NCBI RefSeq assembly: GCF_057098645.1
Contig: NZ_CM169472.1
Direction: 5' to 3' (one strand)
DNA: 64,000 nucleotides
In this document: piece by piece, positions 52,692-64,000 of the stretch
Numbering within the stretch: position 1 is the stretch's first letter
How the letters are laid out: every line of letters begins with the position of its first letter
The notes under the pieces: model-generated
Told to the model about the DNA's origin: nothing
The model's input: the letters and a program-made list of their open reading frames with translations, nothing else
The model's database searches: none
Program-made: the position numbers and the translations under genes

Positions 52692-54971
52692 ATGAATAGA
52701 ATTAATATATTGGTCATCTGTATGGTCGTATTTTTTATGACTGGCAATGCATGTGCCACAGAGTGGATCAGTAGCGAGGACCTTATCACCTCTGACTTTC
52801 ATCTTATGACGGCAGATGAGCGCAACGTGGTTAAAGCGGCAACCGACGATAGTATGGAAGCTGCTTATATGCTAAAAGATAATATCCGCTGGTATTATCA
52901 TAATGGTGACCTATCATTACCCGCTAACTTCAGCAATCAAAATAAACTGGTGGTGAACGGTAATTTAACGATTTCCGGCGATTATGATGATTATCTGTCA
53001 GGTAATGGTCATCTGATTGTATTAGGTAATGTTATTGTCGATAACTTTATTAATCATGATTTCGCGTATGTCAAAGGACAGATGACAGCGAAAGGTTTAG
53101 TTTATGCTGATTACAATGATCATAACTTTGAAGTGATGAAGGGAATTAGTGCGCGAGGCATTATTGTTTCCGATAAAGCAACGCAATTTGAAGTCATTAA
53201 AGCTGAATTTTATATCAATGAAGATGGAAGTGGTGAAGGATATAACTGGGATGAGAATATTCAAAAAGCCTATTCACTGGTGACTGCCGATCTTTATGAT
53301 CACACTGAAATCGAAACCGATAACATTTCCAATGCGTATCCTGACTATGATAGCGTCGCAGACAACATCGTTCAGGGTTTACCGCTTTTTCGAGATAAAG
53401 CCGCTCCTGAAATTAATGAGAAATTAAAATGGATTGAAACGGGGAAACTCGATAATTTCCCAGCGAATAAAATAAAGCATCAAGATCCACTGGTGGTACG
53501 TTTTTTGACTCATACAGAGAGTTTATCACCCGCCGTTATGCTGCAACTGTTACAGCACCCCGATGACCAGACGCGTGAATCGATGGCGCAGTCCTGGCCC
53601 GCTCAACAGATGCATTTGCTTACCGATGAATTAATTAAAGATGAGGCTGTTGCCAGAGGGCTGGTTAAAAACAGTAATATTTCCGCCGATGTGAATAAAA
53701 AATTAATGTCTGTACCCGTCGAGAGCGTACAGCTGGAGCAGGCCAGACAGGATAATCTTTCTCCAGATATTGTTGCGTCGTTAAGTCATAGCCCCTTTCT
53801 CAGTGTACGCAAGACATTACTCAGCCATTACGATTACGCCTGGCTGGTTCCGACTGCAGTGGCCGATGAGTTGATAAATAACGAAGACCCGGAGTTACGT
53901 GAAAGAATTACCGGAGCAGATTTAACCGCACAACAAGCAGTGATGTTGAGTAAAGATAAATCACTGAAAGTTCGTGAAGCATTAGCCCGGACGCTTACTG
54001 AATTAAAAATTACCCAACTGTCAGCAACCCTGCGTACAGAGGATATTGAACGTATCGCAGAACAAATGTATCTGGATAATAAAGAAAATAAAAATATCGT
54101 AAAAGCGTTATTGATAGCGTTGCCGGAGATGCGTCAACTGTCTCTGGCAAAAGAAGATGTGCACAATTTGCGCGAAGGTGCGCGTTATCTGACATCGAAG
54201 GACGTGATTAGTTATCTATTGACTCAGCATGATGTTCCCACCGTCTGGGATGAGCTGGCACGCGATAAATTATTGCCGCTGGAATATAAGAAACAGTTAT
54301 GGCAACGCACATTAAATTTAATGATGAGCAAACGGCAAGAAGATCAAGAGCAAGCCTACGAAGTACAGCTGGCGCTGATTGATAATGGTGTTGTTGACGA
54401 AGAGATGTTAAATAATGCCATTGATTTACTGGTTGATTTACCCGCTGAATACCGCTATCGAATGCGTAACCAATTATTTGATAATAAAGATTTACCTTCC
54501 GGAATTATCAACAAACTCGATCAACAGTATCGCTTCAACTCTGACTGGGCGCTGGCTGTTGTCAGTATGAAAAATAGCACCCGTAGGCAAAGTGAAAGAG
54601 GATTACACCGCTGGAACCATGAGGATAGCGATATTTTTGCGGAACTGGCGACGATAAAAGATAAATCAGATGATGAATGGTGGCGTGCATTGCTGCAAAG
54701 TCGCAATGATCATTTGCGCCAAACGGCATTACGCAACGCACATACCCCGGCGTCGTTGTTAACGACATTGACTGAGTCTCAGGATCGGTCGCTGGCTATT
54801 AATAATCCACAGCTGGCTGCCGATGTGAAAACGGTGTGGCTAAAAGAGGATCCATCATTGCTTTTATTTGTCGATCAACCCGATCTTTCGCAGTTACGGG
54901 ATTTAGTGAAAACCGGGGCAACGCGGAAAATTCGCAGTGAAGCGCGTCACCGGCTTGAGGAAAAACAATGA
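52692..54971 (+). CDS. Secreted repeat protein of unknown function, about 759 aa (signal peptide, Gly/Asn/Asp-rich N-terminal domain, long array of helical Leu/Arg/Glu-rich repeats)
   Basis: Signal peptide MNRINILVICMVVFFMTGNACA; recurring segments such as SPAVMLQLLQHPDDQTRESMAQ, LSVRKTLLSHYD, SLKVREALARTLTEL, HLRQTALRNAHTPASLLTTL; AT-rich codon usage; the ORF track start at 52683 is a TTG, the first ATG is at 52692. Confidence 0.7.
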   Translation: MNRINILVICMVVFFMTGNACATEWISSEDLITSDFHLMTADERNVVKAATDDSMEAAYMLKDNIRWYYHNGDLSLPANFSNQNKLVVNGNLTISGDYDDYLSGNGHLIVLGNVIVDNFINHDFAYVKGQMTAKGLVYADYNDHNFEVMKGISARGIIVSDKATQFEVIKAEFYINEDGSGEGYNWDENIQKAYSLVTADLYDHTEIETDNISNAYPDYDSVADNIVQGLPLFRDKAAPEINEKLKWIETGKLDNFPANKIKHQDPLVVRFLTHTESLSPAVMLQLLQHPDDQTRESMAQSWPAQQMHLLTDELIKDEAVARGLVKNSNISADVNKKLMSVPVESVQLEQARQDNLSPDIVASLSHSPFLSVRKTLLSHYDYAWLVPTAVADELINNEDPELRERITGADLTAQQAVMLSKDKSLKVREALARTLTELKITQLSATLRTEDIERIAEQMYLDNKENKNIVKALLIALPEMRQLSLAKEDVHNLREGARYLTSKDVISYLLTQHDVPTVWDELARDKLLPLEYKKQLWQRTLNLMMSKRQEDQEQAYEVQLALIDNGVVDEEMLNNAIDLLVDLPAEYRYRMRNQLFDNKDLPSGIINKLDQQYRFNSDWALAVVSMKNSTRRQSERGLHRWNHEDSDIFAELATIKDKSDDEWWRALLQSRNDHLRQTALRNAHTPASLLTTLTESQDRSLAINNPQLAADVKTVWLKEDPSLLLFVDQPDLSQLRDLVKTGATRKIRSEARHRLEEKQ

Positions 54972-55423
54972 CACAACGCCCCTGGAGCAAGTTACAGCGG
55001 GAGAACTATGACTTACTGACGCCAACGATCAACCTGCACATTCACTGTACCCGTTATCCCATGCGCAGCCAAAATGGTGGAAGCACCGATTTACCGCGTT
55101 ATTGGATCACGTTGGATAAAAACGTGATCTGGGATTACCCGAAAGACTTTATTGCAGGTAACGGTGGAGTGCGTAATTTTCACGGTGAAACTTGCTGGTA
55201 TCCTTACCTGACGGATATTTGTCCAATTTCTGATTTATTGCGTGAATATATTGACACCCCAAAAGCGGAGCTGTTAACAAAACAATTTACCAGCGATAAA
55301 TGGGGGTTAGTGAATATTCTGCGTGCTGCTGACAGGCGAATAGGGATGAGACGATTCGATCAGTTACGGCGTAAAACGCATAATATTGCTGCGCTAAAAA
55401 TTATTGCCCGCCGTAGCGAATAA
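54968..55423 (+). CDS. Hypothetical 151-aa protein translationally coupled to the upstream repeat protein (possibly the ykiA position)
   Basis: MTQRPWSKLQRENYDLLTPTINLHIHCTRYPMRSQNGG...; start ATG overlaps the upstream stop (caATGAca); RBS gagga; contains several Cys/His residues; no signal peptide. Confidence 0.65.
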   Translation: MTQRPWSKLQRENYDLLTPTINLHIHCTRYPMRSQNGGSTDLPRYWITLDKNVIWDYPKDFIAGNGGVRNFHGETCWYPYLTDICPISDLLREYIDTPKAELLTKQFTSDKWGLVNILRAADRRIGMRRFDQLRRKTHNIAALKIIARRSE

Positions 55424-55448
55424 TTATATGCCTGGTGTGGCTTCGTAC

Positions 55449-55482
55449 GCCGGATAAGACGCGGCAGGCGTCGCATCCGGCA
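55449..55482. repeat. REP element between the 151-aa ORF and rdgC
   Basis: gccggataagacgcggcaggcgtcgcatccggca. Confidence 0.7.
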
Positions 55483-55500
55483 TTAAAGGAAAATCAGCAA

Positions 55501-56412
55501 TTAACGTTGTGCTTCACCACCTAATCCTTCAATCAGGTTTTGAATTAACGCTGCCAGTTCACCAGTCATCAGGATGAAATCGGCATCAAAACGCTGGGCG
55601 AAATCTTCACGGTCGATATCTTCGTTTTGATCGCGCAGCTCGTCGCAGAACTTCAGACGCTTGAGCGAACCATCGTCGCACATCACAAACTGAATGCGCT
55701 GCTGCCAGTCGAGCGCCAGTTTAGTCACCACTTTTCCGGCTTCAATGTGATTGGTGATCTCTTCGCTGGTCAGATCTTGTTTCTTCGCGCGGATCACTCC
55801 GCCATCTTCCAGCAACGATTTCAGCTCGGCTTCATCAAGCAGCTGGAAGCCCTGTGCCGCACTACCGGAACGTACCCATTCGGTCAGCGTCAGTTCAATC
55901 GGGTTTTCCATGCTCAATGGTACAACCGGTAACGACCCCAGGCTTTTACGCAGCAGTGCCAGCGTATCTTCCGCTTTTTTGGCACTGGCGCAGTCCACCA
56001 TAATCAAACCATTAACCGTGTCGATCCACATCATTGTCTGGCTAAAACGGCTGAAAGCACGCGGCAGCAGAGAGTGCAGCACTTCGTCTTTCAGCGAATC
56101 TTTTTCGGTTTTCTTCAGCTTACGCGCCTGTTCCGCTTCCAGTTTGGCGATTTTCGCTTCCAGCGCCTGTTTAATCACCGGAGACGGGAGGATTTTTTCT
56201 TCTTTGCGTGCGCAGATAACAATTTGACCATTGGCAACGTGCGTTAACGCATCGCTGTGCGATCCCATCGGAGGAACCCAGCCCATCTTCGCCATGTCCT
56301 GGCTGCCGCATGGGGTAAATGCCATCGAGGCTAGCTGTTTTTCCATCTCTTCTGCACGCAGCGAAATCTCGCGGCTAAGACGGTAAACCATTAAATTTTT
56401 GAACCACAGCAT
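55501..56412 (-). CDS. rdgC: Recombination-associated protein RdgC, 303 aa
   Basis: [48 protein letters not shown]...; the ORF track extends to 56484. Confidence 0.95.
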
Positions 56413-56536
56413 GATAATTTCCACGGCCTTGTCGTTAAATTTAGCGGGCATGATAACGAATTGTCGGCGGCCTTGCATTGCCAATCCGGTTGTCCGTCTC
56501 TACGCTATTGATATTGAAAAAAATAAGGAGAGTACC

Positions 56537-57445
56537 GTGCGTATAGGTATCGATTTAGGCGGCACCAAAACTGAAGTGATTGCACTGGGCGATGCAGGGG
56601 AGCAGTTGTACCGCCATCGTCTGCCCACGCCGCGTGATGATTACCTGCAGACTATTGAAACGATCGCCACGTTGGTTGATATGGCGGAGCAGGCGACAGG
56701 GCAGCGCGGAACGGTAGGTATGGGCATTCCTGGCTCAATTTCGCCTTACACCGGTGTGGTGAAGAATGCCAATTCAACCTGGCTCAACGGTCAGCCATTC
56801 GATAAAGACTTAAGCGCGCGGTTGCAGCGGGAAGTGCGGCTGGCAAATGACGCCAACTGTCTGGCGGTTTCAGAAGCAGTAGATGGCGCGGCAGCGGGAG
56901 CGCAGACGGTATTTGCCGTGATTATCGGCACGGGATGCGGCGCGGGCGTGGCATTCAATGGGCGGGCGCATATCGGCGGCAATGGCACGGCAGGTGAGTG
57001 GGGACACAATCCGCTACCGTGGATGGACGAAGACGAACTGCGTTATCGCGAGGAAGTCCCTTGTTATTGCGGTAAACAAGGTTGTATTGAAACCTTTATT
57101 TCGGGCACGGGATTCGCGACGGATTATCGTCGTTTGAGCGGACATGCGCTGAAAGGCAGTGAAATTATCCGCCTGGTTGAAGAAAGCGATCCGGTAGCGG
57201 AACTGGCATTGCGTCGCTACGAGCTGCGGCTGGCAAAATCGCTGGCACATGTCGTGAATATTCTCGATCCGGATGTGATTGTCCTGGGGGGCGGGATGAG
57301 CAATGTAGACCGTTTATATCAAACGGTTCCGCAGTTGATTAAACAATTTGTCTTCGGCGGCGAATGTGAAACGCCGGTGCGTAAGGCGAAGCACGGTGAT
57401 TCCAGCGGCGTACGCGGCGCTGCGTGGTTATGGCCACAAGAGTAA
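56537..57445 (+). CDS. mak: Fructokinase/manno(fructo)kinase Mak (ROK family), 302 aa, GTG start
   Basis: [36 protein letters not shown]... preceded by RBS aaggagag; the ORF track extends upstream to 56399. Confidence 0.93.
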   Translation: MRIGIDLGGTKTEVIALGDAGEQLYRHRLPTPRDDYLQTIETIATLVDMAEQATGQRGTVGMGIPGSISPYTGVVKNANSTWLNGQPFDKDLSARLQREVRLANDANCLAVSEAVDGAAAGAQTVFAVIIGTGCGAGVAFNGRAHIGGNGTAGEWGHNPLPWMDEDELRYREEVPCYCGKQGCIETFISGTGFATDYRRLSGHALKGSEIIRLVEESDPVAELALRRYELRLAKSLAHVVNILDPDVIVLGGGMSNVDRLYQTVPQLIKQFVFGGECETPVRKAKHGDSSGVRGAAWLWPQE

Positions 57446-57465
57446 AAAACGTAGGCAATTGGCGC

Positions 57466-57562
57466 ATCATGCCTGATGCGACGCTTGCCGCGTCTTATCA
57501 GGCCTACAAAATGTGCCAGAACCGCGTAGGGCGGATAAGGCGTTCACGCCGCATCCGGCAAT
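57466..57562. repeat. REP element pair between convergent mak and araJ
   Basis: atcatgcctgatgcgacgcttgccgcgtcttatcaggcctac...gtagggcggataaggcgttcacgccgcatccggca. Confidence 0.75.
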
Positions 57563-57587
57563 AAGCAACGCGCTCCGTGACTGCAAT

Positions 57588-58772
57588 CTACCCCAGAGGT
57601 TTCGCCAGCACCGGAGTATCCGCCGCTTGCTGGCGCTTATAGCGACCATACAGCAGCAATGACGACATCGCAGCAAACGAAAGCAGGGCGGCAGGCAGCG
57701 CCACGTAATTATATGCCAGCCCCAGCGTCAGTATCATACCTCCGCAATATGCGCCGACGGCGCTACCGAGGTTAAACGCTATTTGCCCACCTGCGGCACC
57801 TAATAACTCTCCGCCTTTGGCATTTTGCAGTAACAATATTTGCAGAGGTGCTGAAAGGGCAAATAATCCCGCGCAACAAATAAAAGCAAAAATAAGCGAC
57901 GTTGTTTTCATGCCGCCGCAGAAAAAGAGCATCAGCAGTGCCAGTACAATGATAAAGTCAGTCACTGCTGCAATGCGCAGTGGTGAATAACGTCCTGAAA
58001 TCCTGCCACTTAGCATATTTCCCAGCACCATCCCTAGCCCAACTAACATCATAATAAAGGTCATCGCCGTTTCCGAAAAACCGGAAATAAACATCATGTA
58101 TGGCTTTACGTAGCTGAACCAGGCAAACACACCTGCGTTGCCAAACATGGTGGCGGCGAAAATTAACCACGGGGCCGGGCTGCGCAAAAAGTGAAATTGT
58201 TCGCGCAGCTTTCCTTTCGCCTCGTCGCGAATATCCGGCACCCAAAAATAGACCGATGCCATCACCGCAATATTAAAAACAGCGATCAATAAAAAGGTGT
58301 AACGCCAGCTAAATTCCTGACTTAAATACGTTCCCAGCGGAATGCCCAGCAAATTGGCGACTGTCATCCCGGAAACCATCCCCGCCACGGCGGCGGTGAC
58401 TTTTCCGGGTTTGATAATTTTCGATAACACGATCGCGCCGACGCCAAAAAATGCGCCATGCGGAAAGCCGGAAACCAGGCGACCAATGGCAAGCATCAGG
58501 TAAGACGAAGAGAGCGTGAACATGGCGTTACCAATGACGCACAACGCCACCAGAAACAACAAGATATGTTTGAGTGAGTAGCGGCTGGAAAAGAGTGCGA
58601 TGATTGGCGCACCGACCACCACCCCCAGCGCATAATACGAGATCATATGCCCGGCGGCAGGAATCGAAATTCCTACGTTATGCGCCAGCTCCGTGAGCAC
58701 GCCCATAATGCCAAATTCGGCCATCCCCAAACCAAACGTGCCCAGAGCCAAAGATAAAATGACTTTTTTCAT
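57588..58772 (-). CDS. araJ: MFS transporter AraJ, 394 aa
   Basis: MKKVILSLALGTFGLGMAEFGIMGVLTELAHNVGISIPAAGHMISYYALGVVVG...; the ORF track extends to 58856. Confidence 0.94.
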   Translation of the reverse strand: MKKVILSLALGTFGLGMAEFGIMGVLTELAHNVGISIPAAGHMISYYALGVVVGAPIIALFSSRYSLKHILLFLVALCVIGNAMFTLSSSYLMLAIGRLVSGFPHGAFFGVGAIVLSKIIKPGKVTAAVAGMVSGMTVANLLGIPLGTYLSQEFSWRYTFLLIAVFNIAVMASVYFWVPDIRDEAKGKLREQFHFLRSPAPWLIFAATMFGNAGVFAWFSYVKPYMMFISGFSETAMTFIMMLVGLGMVLGNMLSGRISGRYSPLRIAAVTDFIIVLALLMLFFCGGMKTTSLIFAFICCAGLFALSAPLQILLLQNAKGGELLGAAGGQIAFNLGSAVGAYCGGMILTLGLAYNYVALPAALLSFAAMSSLLLYGRYKRQQAADTPVLAKPLG

Positions 58773-58897
58773 ACCACCATCACAACCACCAGAACGGCTA
58801 CTAATCACCGTAGCCAATAAAGTGATAGCTTGCAGGATAACGACCAGCGAGGCCAAGAGATAATTCGCCCCTCTGTATTCATTATCCTGCTGAATAG

Positions 58898-61800
58898 TTA
58901 TTTCACTGCAAACGCACTTTCCAGTTCGCTGTAGCCCAGGCCGTTGATCTTTTTCACTTTGATCTGCACCGGAATACGCTCTTTCATCGCTTCTACGTGG
59001 CTAATCACACCGATGGTTTTGCCACTGGCGTTCAGGGCATCCAGCGCATCAAGGGCGGTATCCAGCGTTTCGCTATCCAGCGTGCCAAAACCTTCATCAA
59101 GGAACAGCGAGTCAATACGCGTTTTATGGCTGACCAGATCTGAAAGCGCCAGCGCCAGCGCCAGACTGACGAGGAAACTTTCGCCGCCAGAAAGGGTACG
59201 GGTGTCACGTACCGCATCTGCCTGCCAGGTATCAACAACCTCGACTTCCAGCGCTTCGCTGGCTTTGCGCTGTAACAGATAGCGCCCGTGCAGTCGGGTA
59301 AGTTGCTGATTAGCGAGATGGACTAAATTATCCAGCGTCAGCCCCTGGGCAAACTTGCGGAATTTATCGCCCTCTTTGGAACCTATTAGCGAATTCAGAT
59401 ATCCCCAGTCCTCAACCTGCTGCGTCATTTGAGCAATTTGCTGCATTAAGGTTTGTTGTTGCTGACGGTTATCTGCATCCTGCTTCAGCTGCTGGCGAAT
59501 CTCGCCTTGACTCGTGGTGTTTTCACGCAACTTTTGGTGAGTTTGCGCTAACTCTTGCTGAATCTGCTCCACCGTCACAGTGAGAGCCAACCCGTCAGGT
59601 CGGTGTTGCTGATGCTGTGCCAGCGTTTCTGCTGTCTGAGTGACCAGCGTTTGCGCCTGACGGCGCTGGTTTTCCAGATTCTGCTTGAGCTGTTCCAGCT
59701 GCGTTAGTGTTTGTTCATCCATTAGCGCCGCAAGGAACGCCTGCTGATCGTCAAAGACGCTGGCCTGTAGCGCGGTGTCAAACTGCGCCTGGGCTTTTTG
59801 CAGACTTTGCGCCGCCAGAACGTCCTGTTGCTGTAACGTCTGCTGCTGGCTGTGTAATGCGAGACATTGTTCATGTACCTGCCGCCAGTTTTCCAGTACC
59901 ACAGTTTCTTCGCAGTGCGGGAGTTCATCACTTTGCGGCAACGTTTCCAGAATCGGCGTCAGCTGCTGAATACGGTTTTGCAGCGCAGTTAATTCGTTCT
60001 GGCGATGCTGCCAGCTCTGCGCTTCTTGTTGACGTGTCGCCAACCAGCTCTCTTCTTCATCTTCCTGTGGCACTGTCAGTGCATAACCCGCCAATGCCGT
60101 TAAGAGTTGCTGCTGGCGTTGTTCAATTTGCTGTTGATACTGGATAATTTGCTGATTATGCGCGGCAATCTGCCCTTGTAATTCATGCCGTTGGCTGAGT
60201 AACCGCAGCTGGCGTTCGTGCTCATCTTGTGCATCCAGCCACGGTTGAATATCGTCCTGTGGCTGCAACGTGATATTGAGGCTGGCCGTGACGGCTTGCC
60301 ATTGTTGAGTAAGTGCTTGCTCATCTTGTCGGAGGCTTTGCGCTTCGTTTTCATCACGCTGAAGCTGCTTTGTTAAGGCGTCCAGTTGCCCACGTAGCGT
60401 CGCACCTTCTTCACCGAGCTTTTTAACTTCGTTTTCCAGCGCCAGTAATCGAGACTGATTAACACCAGGCTCCAGCGCCTGATACGCCTCGACCGCCGGG
60501 TGGCTGGTGGAACCACAAAGTGGGCAAGGCTGACCCGCCTGTAACTGTGCACGTTGAGCTTCCAGCGTTTTGATGCGCGCTTCCTGCTCGCAAATGGTTT
60601 TGACATCGGCAAGTTGCTGCGTCTTTTCTTTATAACGCTGGCGCATTTCGTTAAGTGCGGCATTACGTTGCGTCTGTTCCAGAGTGACATTCTGGATAGT
60701 GACCATTAACTGCGCCAGACGTTTTTGTTGGGGAACAATCTGCCCATGCAGCGCGACCAGGCGCTGACGCAGTGGGCGTTGCTCGGCATGTTGCGCCAGG
60801 GCGCTAGCAACTTCATCGGCGGTTAACGTCAACGTGATCGCCGCAAGCGTATTAAGTTTTTGCTCAGCATGGGTTAACTGTTGCTGCCATTGCCGCAGAT
60901 GCTCGCGATCGCTGGTTTGTTGGGAGAACTGCGCACGCCAACCCGCCAGTTCGTTGTTCCACTGACGGAAGCGGTCGTGTTCCTGTAACCAGGTATTCAG
61001 GCTTTGTTGCTGCTGCTGTAATTCTGCTGACTGCTTCGCCGCGTGGTGGCGAATGCTCGCGCGAAGCGCCATTGTGCTCTGTAAGCGAGTATTTACTTCT
61101 TCAATCTGCTGGCGAGTATGCGCCAGCGCCGCGCTGTGTTCTGCGATGCGTTCCCAGTGCGGACGAAGATTTCGTGCCGGTTGTGCCAGACTGAGCGCCG
61201 CCAGTTGAGGTTGCGCTTTTTCTTCTTCGGCTAACGCCTGTTGCAAGGCCTGCTGACGGCGGCTGGCTTCTTGCTGCAATTCGTCCAGACGCGTTAACCA
61301 GTTTAGTGATTGTTGTTCTTGCTGCTGCGCGGTAAGTAACAGTTTTTCTTCGTCAGTAAGTACCTGCAAACTCGCTGTCAGCGATTGCACTTGTTCTGGC
61401 GTGAGCAACGCGACGCCGCTGGCCTGTGCTTGCAGCTTCTCCAGCTCAGTGCGGGCCGATTTGTGCTGCTCAAAAACCATCGCCGAGATTTGCCCGTAGA
61501 TTTCAGTGCCAGTTAACTCCTCGAGCAATTCCGCGCGTTCTTTGGGTTTGGCATTCAGGAAGGCAGCAAATTGCCCCTGCGAAAGCAGCATCGAACGGGT
61601 GAAGCGCCCGTAATCCAGCCCGGTTAACGTCGCTGTCAGTTCCAGCTTATCTTTCACTTTGTCGGCGAGAATTTTGCCGTCGGCGCAGCGCGCCAGCTCT
61701 ACGCGTGGCACCTGCAAATTACCGTCGGGTTGGTTACGCGCCCGATTCTGGCTCCAGAACGCGCGATACGCTTCACCTTTCACTTCAAACTCCACCTCCG

Positions 61801-62041
61801 CCAGACATTCAGCGGTATCGCGGGTCATGAGATCATTTTGCGATTGTGAAACGTTAGAGAGACGCGGAGTTTCGTGATACAGCGCCAGACAAATGGCGTC
61901 CAGCAGGGTAGTTTTCCCCGCACCGGTTGGGCCGGTAATGGCAAACAGCCCGTTGCTGGCGAACGGCTCGCGGGTGAAATCAATCTTCCATTCGCCTTTT
62001 AATGAGTTCAGGTTTTTCAGGCGCAGGCTGAGAATTTTCAT
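58898..62041 (-). CDS. sbcC: Nuclease SbcCD subunit C (SMC-like ATPase), 1047 aa
   Basis: [55 protein letters not shown]...; long coiled coil with central CPLCGS zinc hook; C-terminal ABC signature. Confidence 0.97.
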   Translation of the reverse strand: MKILSLRLKNLNSLKGEWKIDFTREPFASNGLFAITGPTGAGKTTLLDAICLALYHETPRLSNVSQSQNDLMTRDTAECLAEVEFEVKGEAYRAFWSQNRARNQPDGNLQVPRVELARCADGKILADKVKDKLELTATLTGLDYGRFTRSMLLSQGQFAAFLNAKPKERAELLEELTGTEIYGQISAMVFEQHKSARTELEKLQAQASGVALLTPEQVQSLTASLQVLTDEEKLLLTAQQQEQQSLNWLTRLDELQQEASRRQQALQQALAEEEKAQPQLAALSLAQPARNLRPHWERIAEHSAALAHTRQQIEEVNTRLQSTMALRASIRHHAAKQSAELQQQQQSLNTWLQEHDRFRQWNNELAGWRAQFSQQTSDREHLRQWQQQLTHAEQKLNTLAAITLTLTADEVASALAQHAEQRPLRQRLVALHGQIVPQQKRLAQLMVTIQNVTLEQTQRNAALNEMRQRYKEKTQQLADVKTICEQEARIKTLEAQRAQLQAGQPCPLCGSTSHPAVEAYQALEPGVNQSRLLALENEVKKLGEEGATLRGQLDALTKQLQRDENEAQSLRQDEQALTQQWQAVTASLNITLQPQDDIQPWLDAQDEHERQLRLLSQRHELQGQIAAHNQQIIQYQQQIEQRQQQLLTALAGYALTVPQEDEEESWLATRQQEAQSWQHRQNELTALQNRIQQLTPILETLPQSDELPHCEETVVLENWRQVHEQCLALHSQQQTLQQQDVLAAQSLQKAQAQFDTALQASVFDDQQAFLAALMDEQTLTQLEQLKQNLENQRRQAQTLVTQTAETLAQHQQHRPDGLALTVTVEQIQQELAQTHQKLRENTTSQGEIRQQLKQDADNRQQQQTLMQQIAQMTQQVEDWGYLNSLIGSKEGDKFRKFAQGLTLDNLVHLANQQLTRLHGRYLLQRKASEALEVEVVDTWQADAVRDTRTLSGGESFLVSLALALALSDLVSHKTRIDSLFLDEGFGTLDSETLDTALDALDALNASGKTIGVISHVEAMKERIPVQIKVKKINGLGYSELESAFAVK

Positions 62042-63240
62042 GCTTCGGATTCTCCGGCGAGGGTATGCAACGTCGTGGTGAAAAGATGCTGCAGACGTTG
62101 CTGCTGCGATTCCTCCAGTTCTTCCAGTGCCAGACGGCGATTGAACACCTCTTCGACGCTGAGTTCGCTGAGGGTTTCACGCTGTTGGCTGGCTAACACA
62201 CGCTCGCGCTGTTCACGACTCCGGCGTACCAGCAATACTTCAACAGGCAATGATTCGGTTAATGCCTGGATTTTGCGCTGAATATCATGCAGATACTCAT
62301 CAGTAGTGATTTCGATATCCAGCCAGACAGGCGGCTCCTGTGATACATCGCGCCACTGTTCCAGCTGTGCGGTAATCGACGCCAGATCGCCTTTCAGCAC
62401 CGCCATGGGTTGCGTTACCGGTACGTTCAGGTTTTCCACGCTCTCTAATTTGCCGTTTGAAAATGTCACCAGATGGACATATTTACTCTTTCCGCATTCA
62501 TCAAAACTCAGTGGAATGGGGGAGCCGCAATAGCGAACATGTTCCATGCCGCCAATAATCTGTGCGCGGTGAATATGCCCGAGCGCGATGTAGTCGGCTG
62601 GTGGAAAGTTTTGTGCCGGAAACGCGTCCAGCGTGCCAATATAAATGTCACGCACGGCGTCACTTTTACTGGCCCCCACGGTCGTTAAATGTCCCGTGGC
62701 GATGATGGGCAGAGGCTGATCGCCGCGCAGTTTGCAGGCATCGGCATAGTGTTGTTGGTAATAATCGGTAATCGCTGCCAGTAAATGCTGCTGTTTTTCA
62801 ATACCGTTAAGCCCCGCCTGGCTGGTAATAATGTCACGCGGACGTAAAAACGGAATGGGGCACAGCACGGCGCCTGGCGTCCCGTCGCGACGAGGCAAGA
62901 TTTGCGGCGCATGTCCGGCGCTGGCGACCACGGTAGTATTGAGGAACGCCATGATATCGCGCGATTCATTCAGCGTGGCGACCGAGTCATGGTTTCCTGC
63001 CAGTACCACCAGATGACAGCCAGTTTGCTGTAAATTGACAACAAAACGGTTGTATAACGTGCGGGCGTAACTGGGCGGCGAGCCGGTATCGAAAACATCA
63101 CCAGCAACAATAATCGCATCCACCTGATGGGTTTGTGCTGTTTCCAGCAGCCAGTCAAGAAAAGCCTGATGTTCAGCTTCGCGGCTTTTACTGTAGAAGT
63201 TCTGGCCGAGATGCCAGTCTGAGGTGTGAAGGATGCGCAT
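62038..63240 (-). CDS. sbcD: Nuclease SbcCD subunit D (Mre11-like phosphoesterase), 400 aa
   Basis: [51 protein letters not shown]...; 4-bp overlap with sbcC; the ORF track extends to 63282. Confidence 0.96.
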   Translation of the reverse strand: MRILHTSDWHLGQNFYSKSREAEHQAFLDWLLETAQTHQVDAIIVAGDVFDTGSPPSYARTLYNRFVVNLQQTGCHLVVLAGNHDSVATLNESRDIMAFLNTTVVASAGHAPQILPRRDGTPGAVLCPIPFLRPRDIITSQAGLNGIEKQQHLLAAITDYYQQHYADACKLRGDQPLPIIATGHLTTVGASKSDAVRDIYIGTLDAFPAQNFPPADYIALGHIHRAQIIGGMEHVRYCGSPIPLSFDECGKSKYVHLVTFSNGKLESVENLNVPVTQPMAVLKGDLASITAQLEQWRDVSQEPPVWLDIEITTDEYLHDIQRKIQALTESLPVEVLLVRRSREQRERVLASQQRETLSELSVEEVFNRRLALEELEESQQQRLQHLFTTTLHTLAGESEA

Positions 63241-63348
63241 AACGGTTCCCTGGCGAAAAAGCATGGGCGCGATTATACCCAAACAGATGTGCCATTTGCT
63301 TTTTTCTGCGCCACGGAAATCAATAACCTGAAGATATGTGCGACGAGC

Positions 63349-63392
63349 TTTTCATAAATCTGTCATAAATCTGACGCATAATGACGTCGCAT
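63349..63392 (+). promoter_or_regulatory. Pho boxes in the phoB promoter
   Basis: ttttCATAAATCTGTCATAAATCTGACGCATAATGACGTCGC, tandem CTGTCAT-type repeats, about 40 bp upstream of the phoB ATG. Confidence 0.8.
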
Positions 63393-63428
63393 TAATGATC
63401 GCAACCTATTTATTACAACAGGGCAAAT

Positions 63429-64000
63429 CATGGCGAGACGTATTCTGGTCGTAGAAGATGAAGCTCCAATTCGCGAAATGGTCTGCTTCGTGCTCGAACA
63501 AAATGGCTTTCAGCCGGTCGAAGCGGAAGATTATGACAGTGCTGTGAATCAACTGAATGAACCCTGGCCGGATTTAATTCTCCTTGACTGGATGTTACCT
63601 GGCGGCTCCGGTATCCAGTTCATCAAACACCTCAAGCGCGAGTCGATGACCCGGGATATTCCAGTGGTGATGTTGACCGCCAGAGGGGAAGAAGAAGATC
63701 GCGTGCGCGGCCTTGAAACCGGCGCGGATGACTATATCACCAAGCCGTTTTCGCCGAAGGAGCTGGTGGCGCGAATCAAAGCGGTAATGCGCCGTATTTC
63801 GCCAATGGCGGTGGAAGAGGTGATTGAGATGCAGGGATTAAGTCTCGACCCGACATCTCACCGGGTGATGGCGGGCGAAGAGCCGCTGGAGATGGGGCCG
63901 ACAGAATTTAAACTGCTGCACTTTTTTATGACGCATCCTGAACGCGTGTACAGCCGCGAGCAGCTGTTAAACCACGTCTGGGGAACTAACGTGTATGTGG
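63429..64000 (+). CDS. phoB: Phosphate regulon response regulator PhoB, N-terminal 190 aa (3' end outside window)
   Basis: [72 protein letters not shown]... Confidence 0.96.

Noticed and set aside
58944-59282. 112-aa and other plus-strand ORFs inside sbcC (for example 59707..60147)
   Set aside because: Antisense to the well-supported sbcC coding sequence; Ser/Arg-rich low-complexity products.

Overview
This window is an Escherichia coli chromosomal segment running cynT'–cynS–cynX / lacAYZ–lacI / mhpR–mhpABCDFE–mhpT / yaiL / frmRAB / tauABCD / hemB / yaiT–yaiV / ampH / sbmA–yaiW / yaiY / yaiZ / ddlA / iraP / phoA–psiF / dgcC / proC / yaiI / aroL–yaiA–aroM / ppnP / rdgC / mak / araJ / sbcDC / phoB'. 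Genes were identified by reading the six-frame translations and recognising the proteins; no database search was run. Gene order is syntenic with K-12, but four segments appear strain-specific relative to my memory of K-12 MG1655: (1) a metallo-beta-lactamase-fold hydrolase plus GlxA-type regulator pair between lacI and mhpR; (2) a six-gene uhpABC-like/afuABC-like sugar-phosphate sensing and ABC-import operon between frmR and tauA; (3) an uninterrupted yaiT autotransporter gene behind a long AT-rich leader; (4) an AT-rich two-gene module between ppnP and rdgC encoding a 759-aa signal-peptide repeat protein and a 151-aa partner. The last is the best candidate for an uncharacterised system. The lac control region also carries point differences from the K-12 sequence, including one inside operator O1. 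REP/BIME repeats, Pho boxes, TyrR/TrpR, MhpR and FrmR operator-like sites are visible. No CRISPR array, tRNA, rRNA or IS element was seen.
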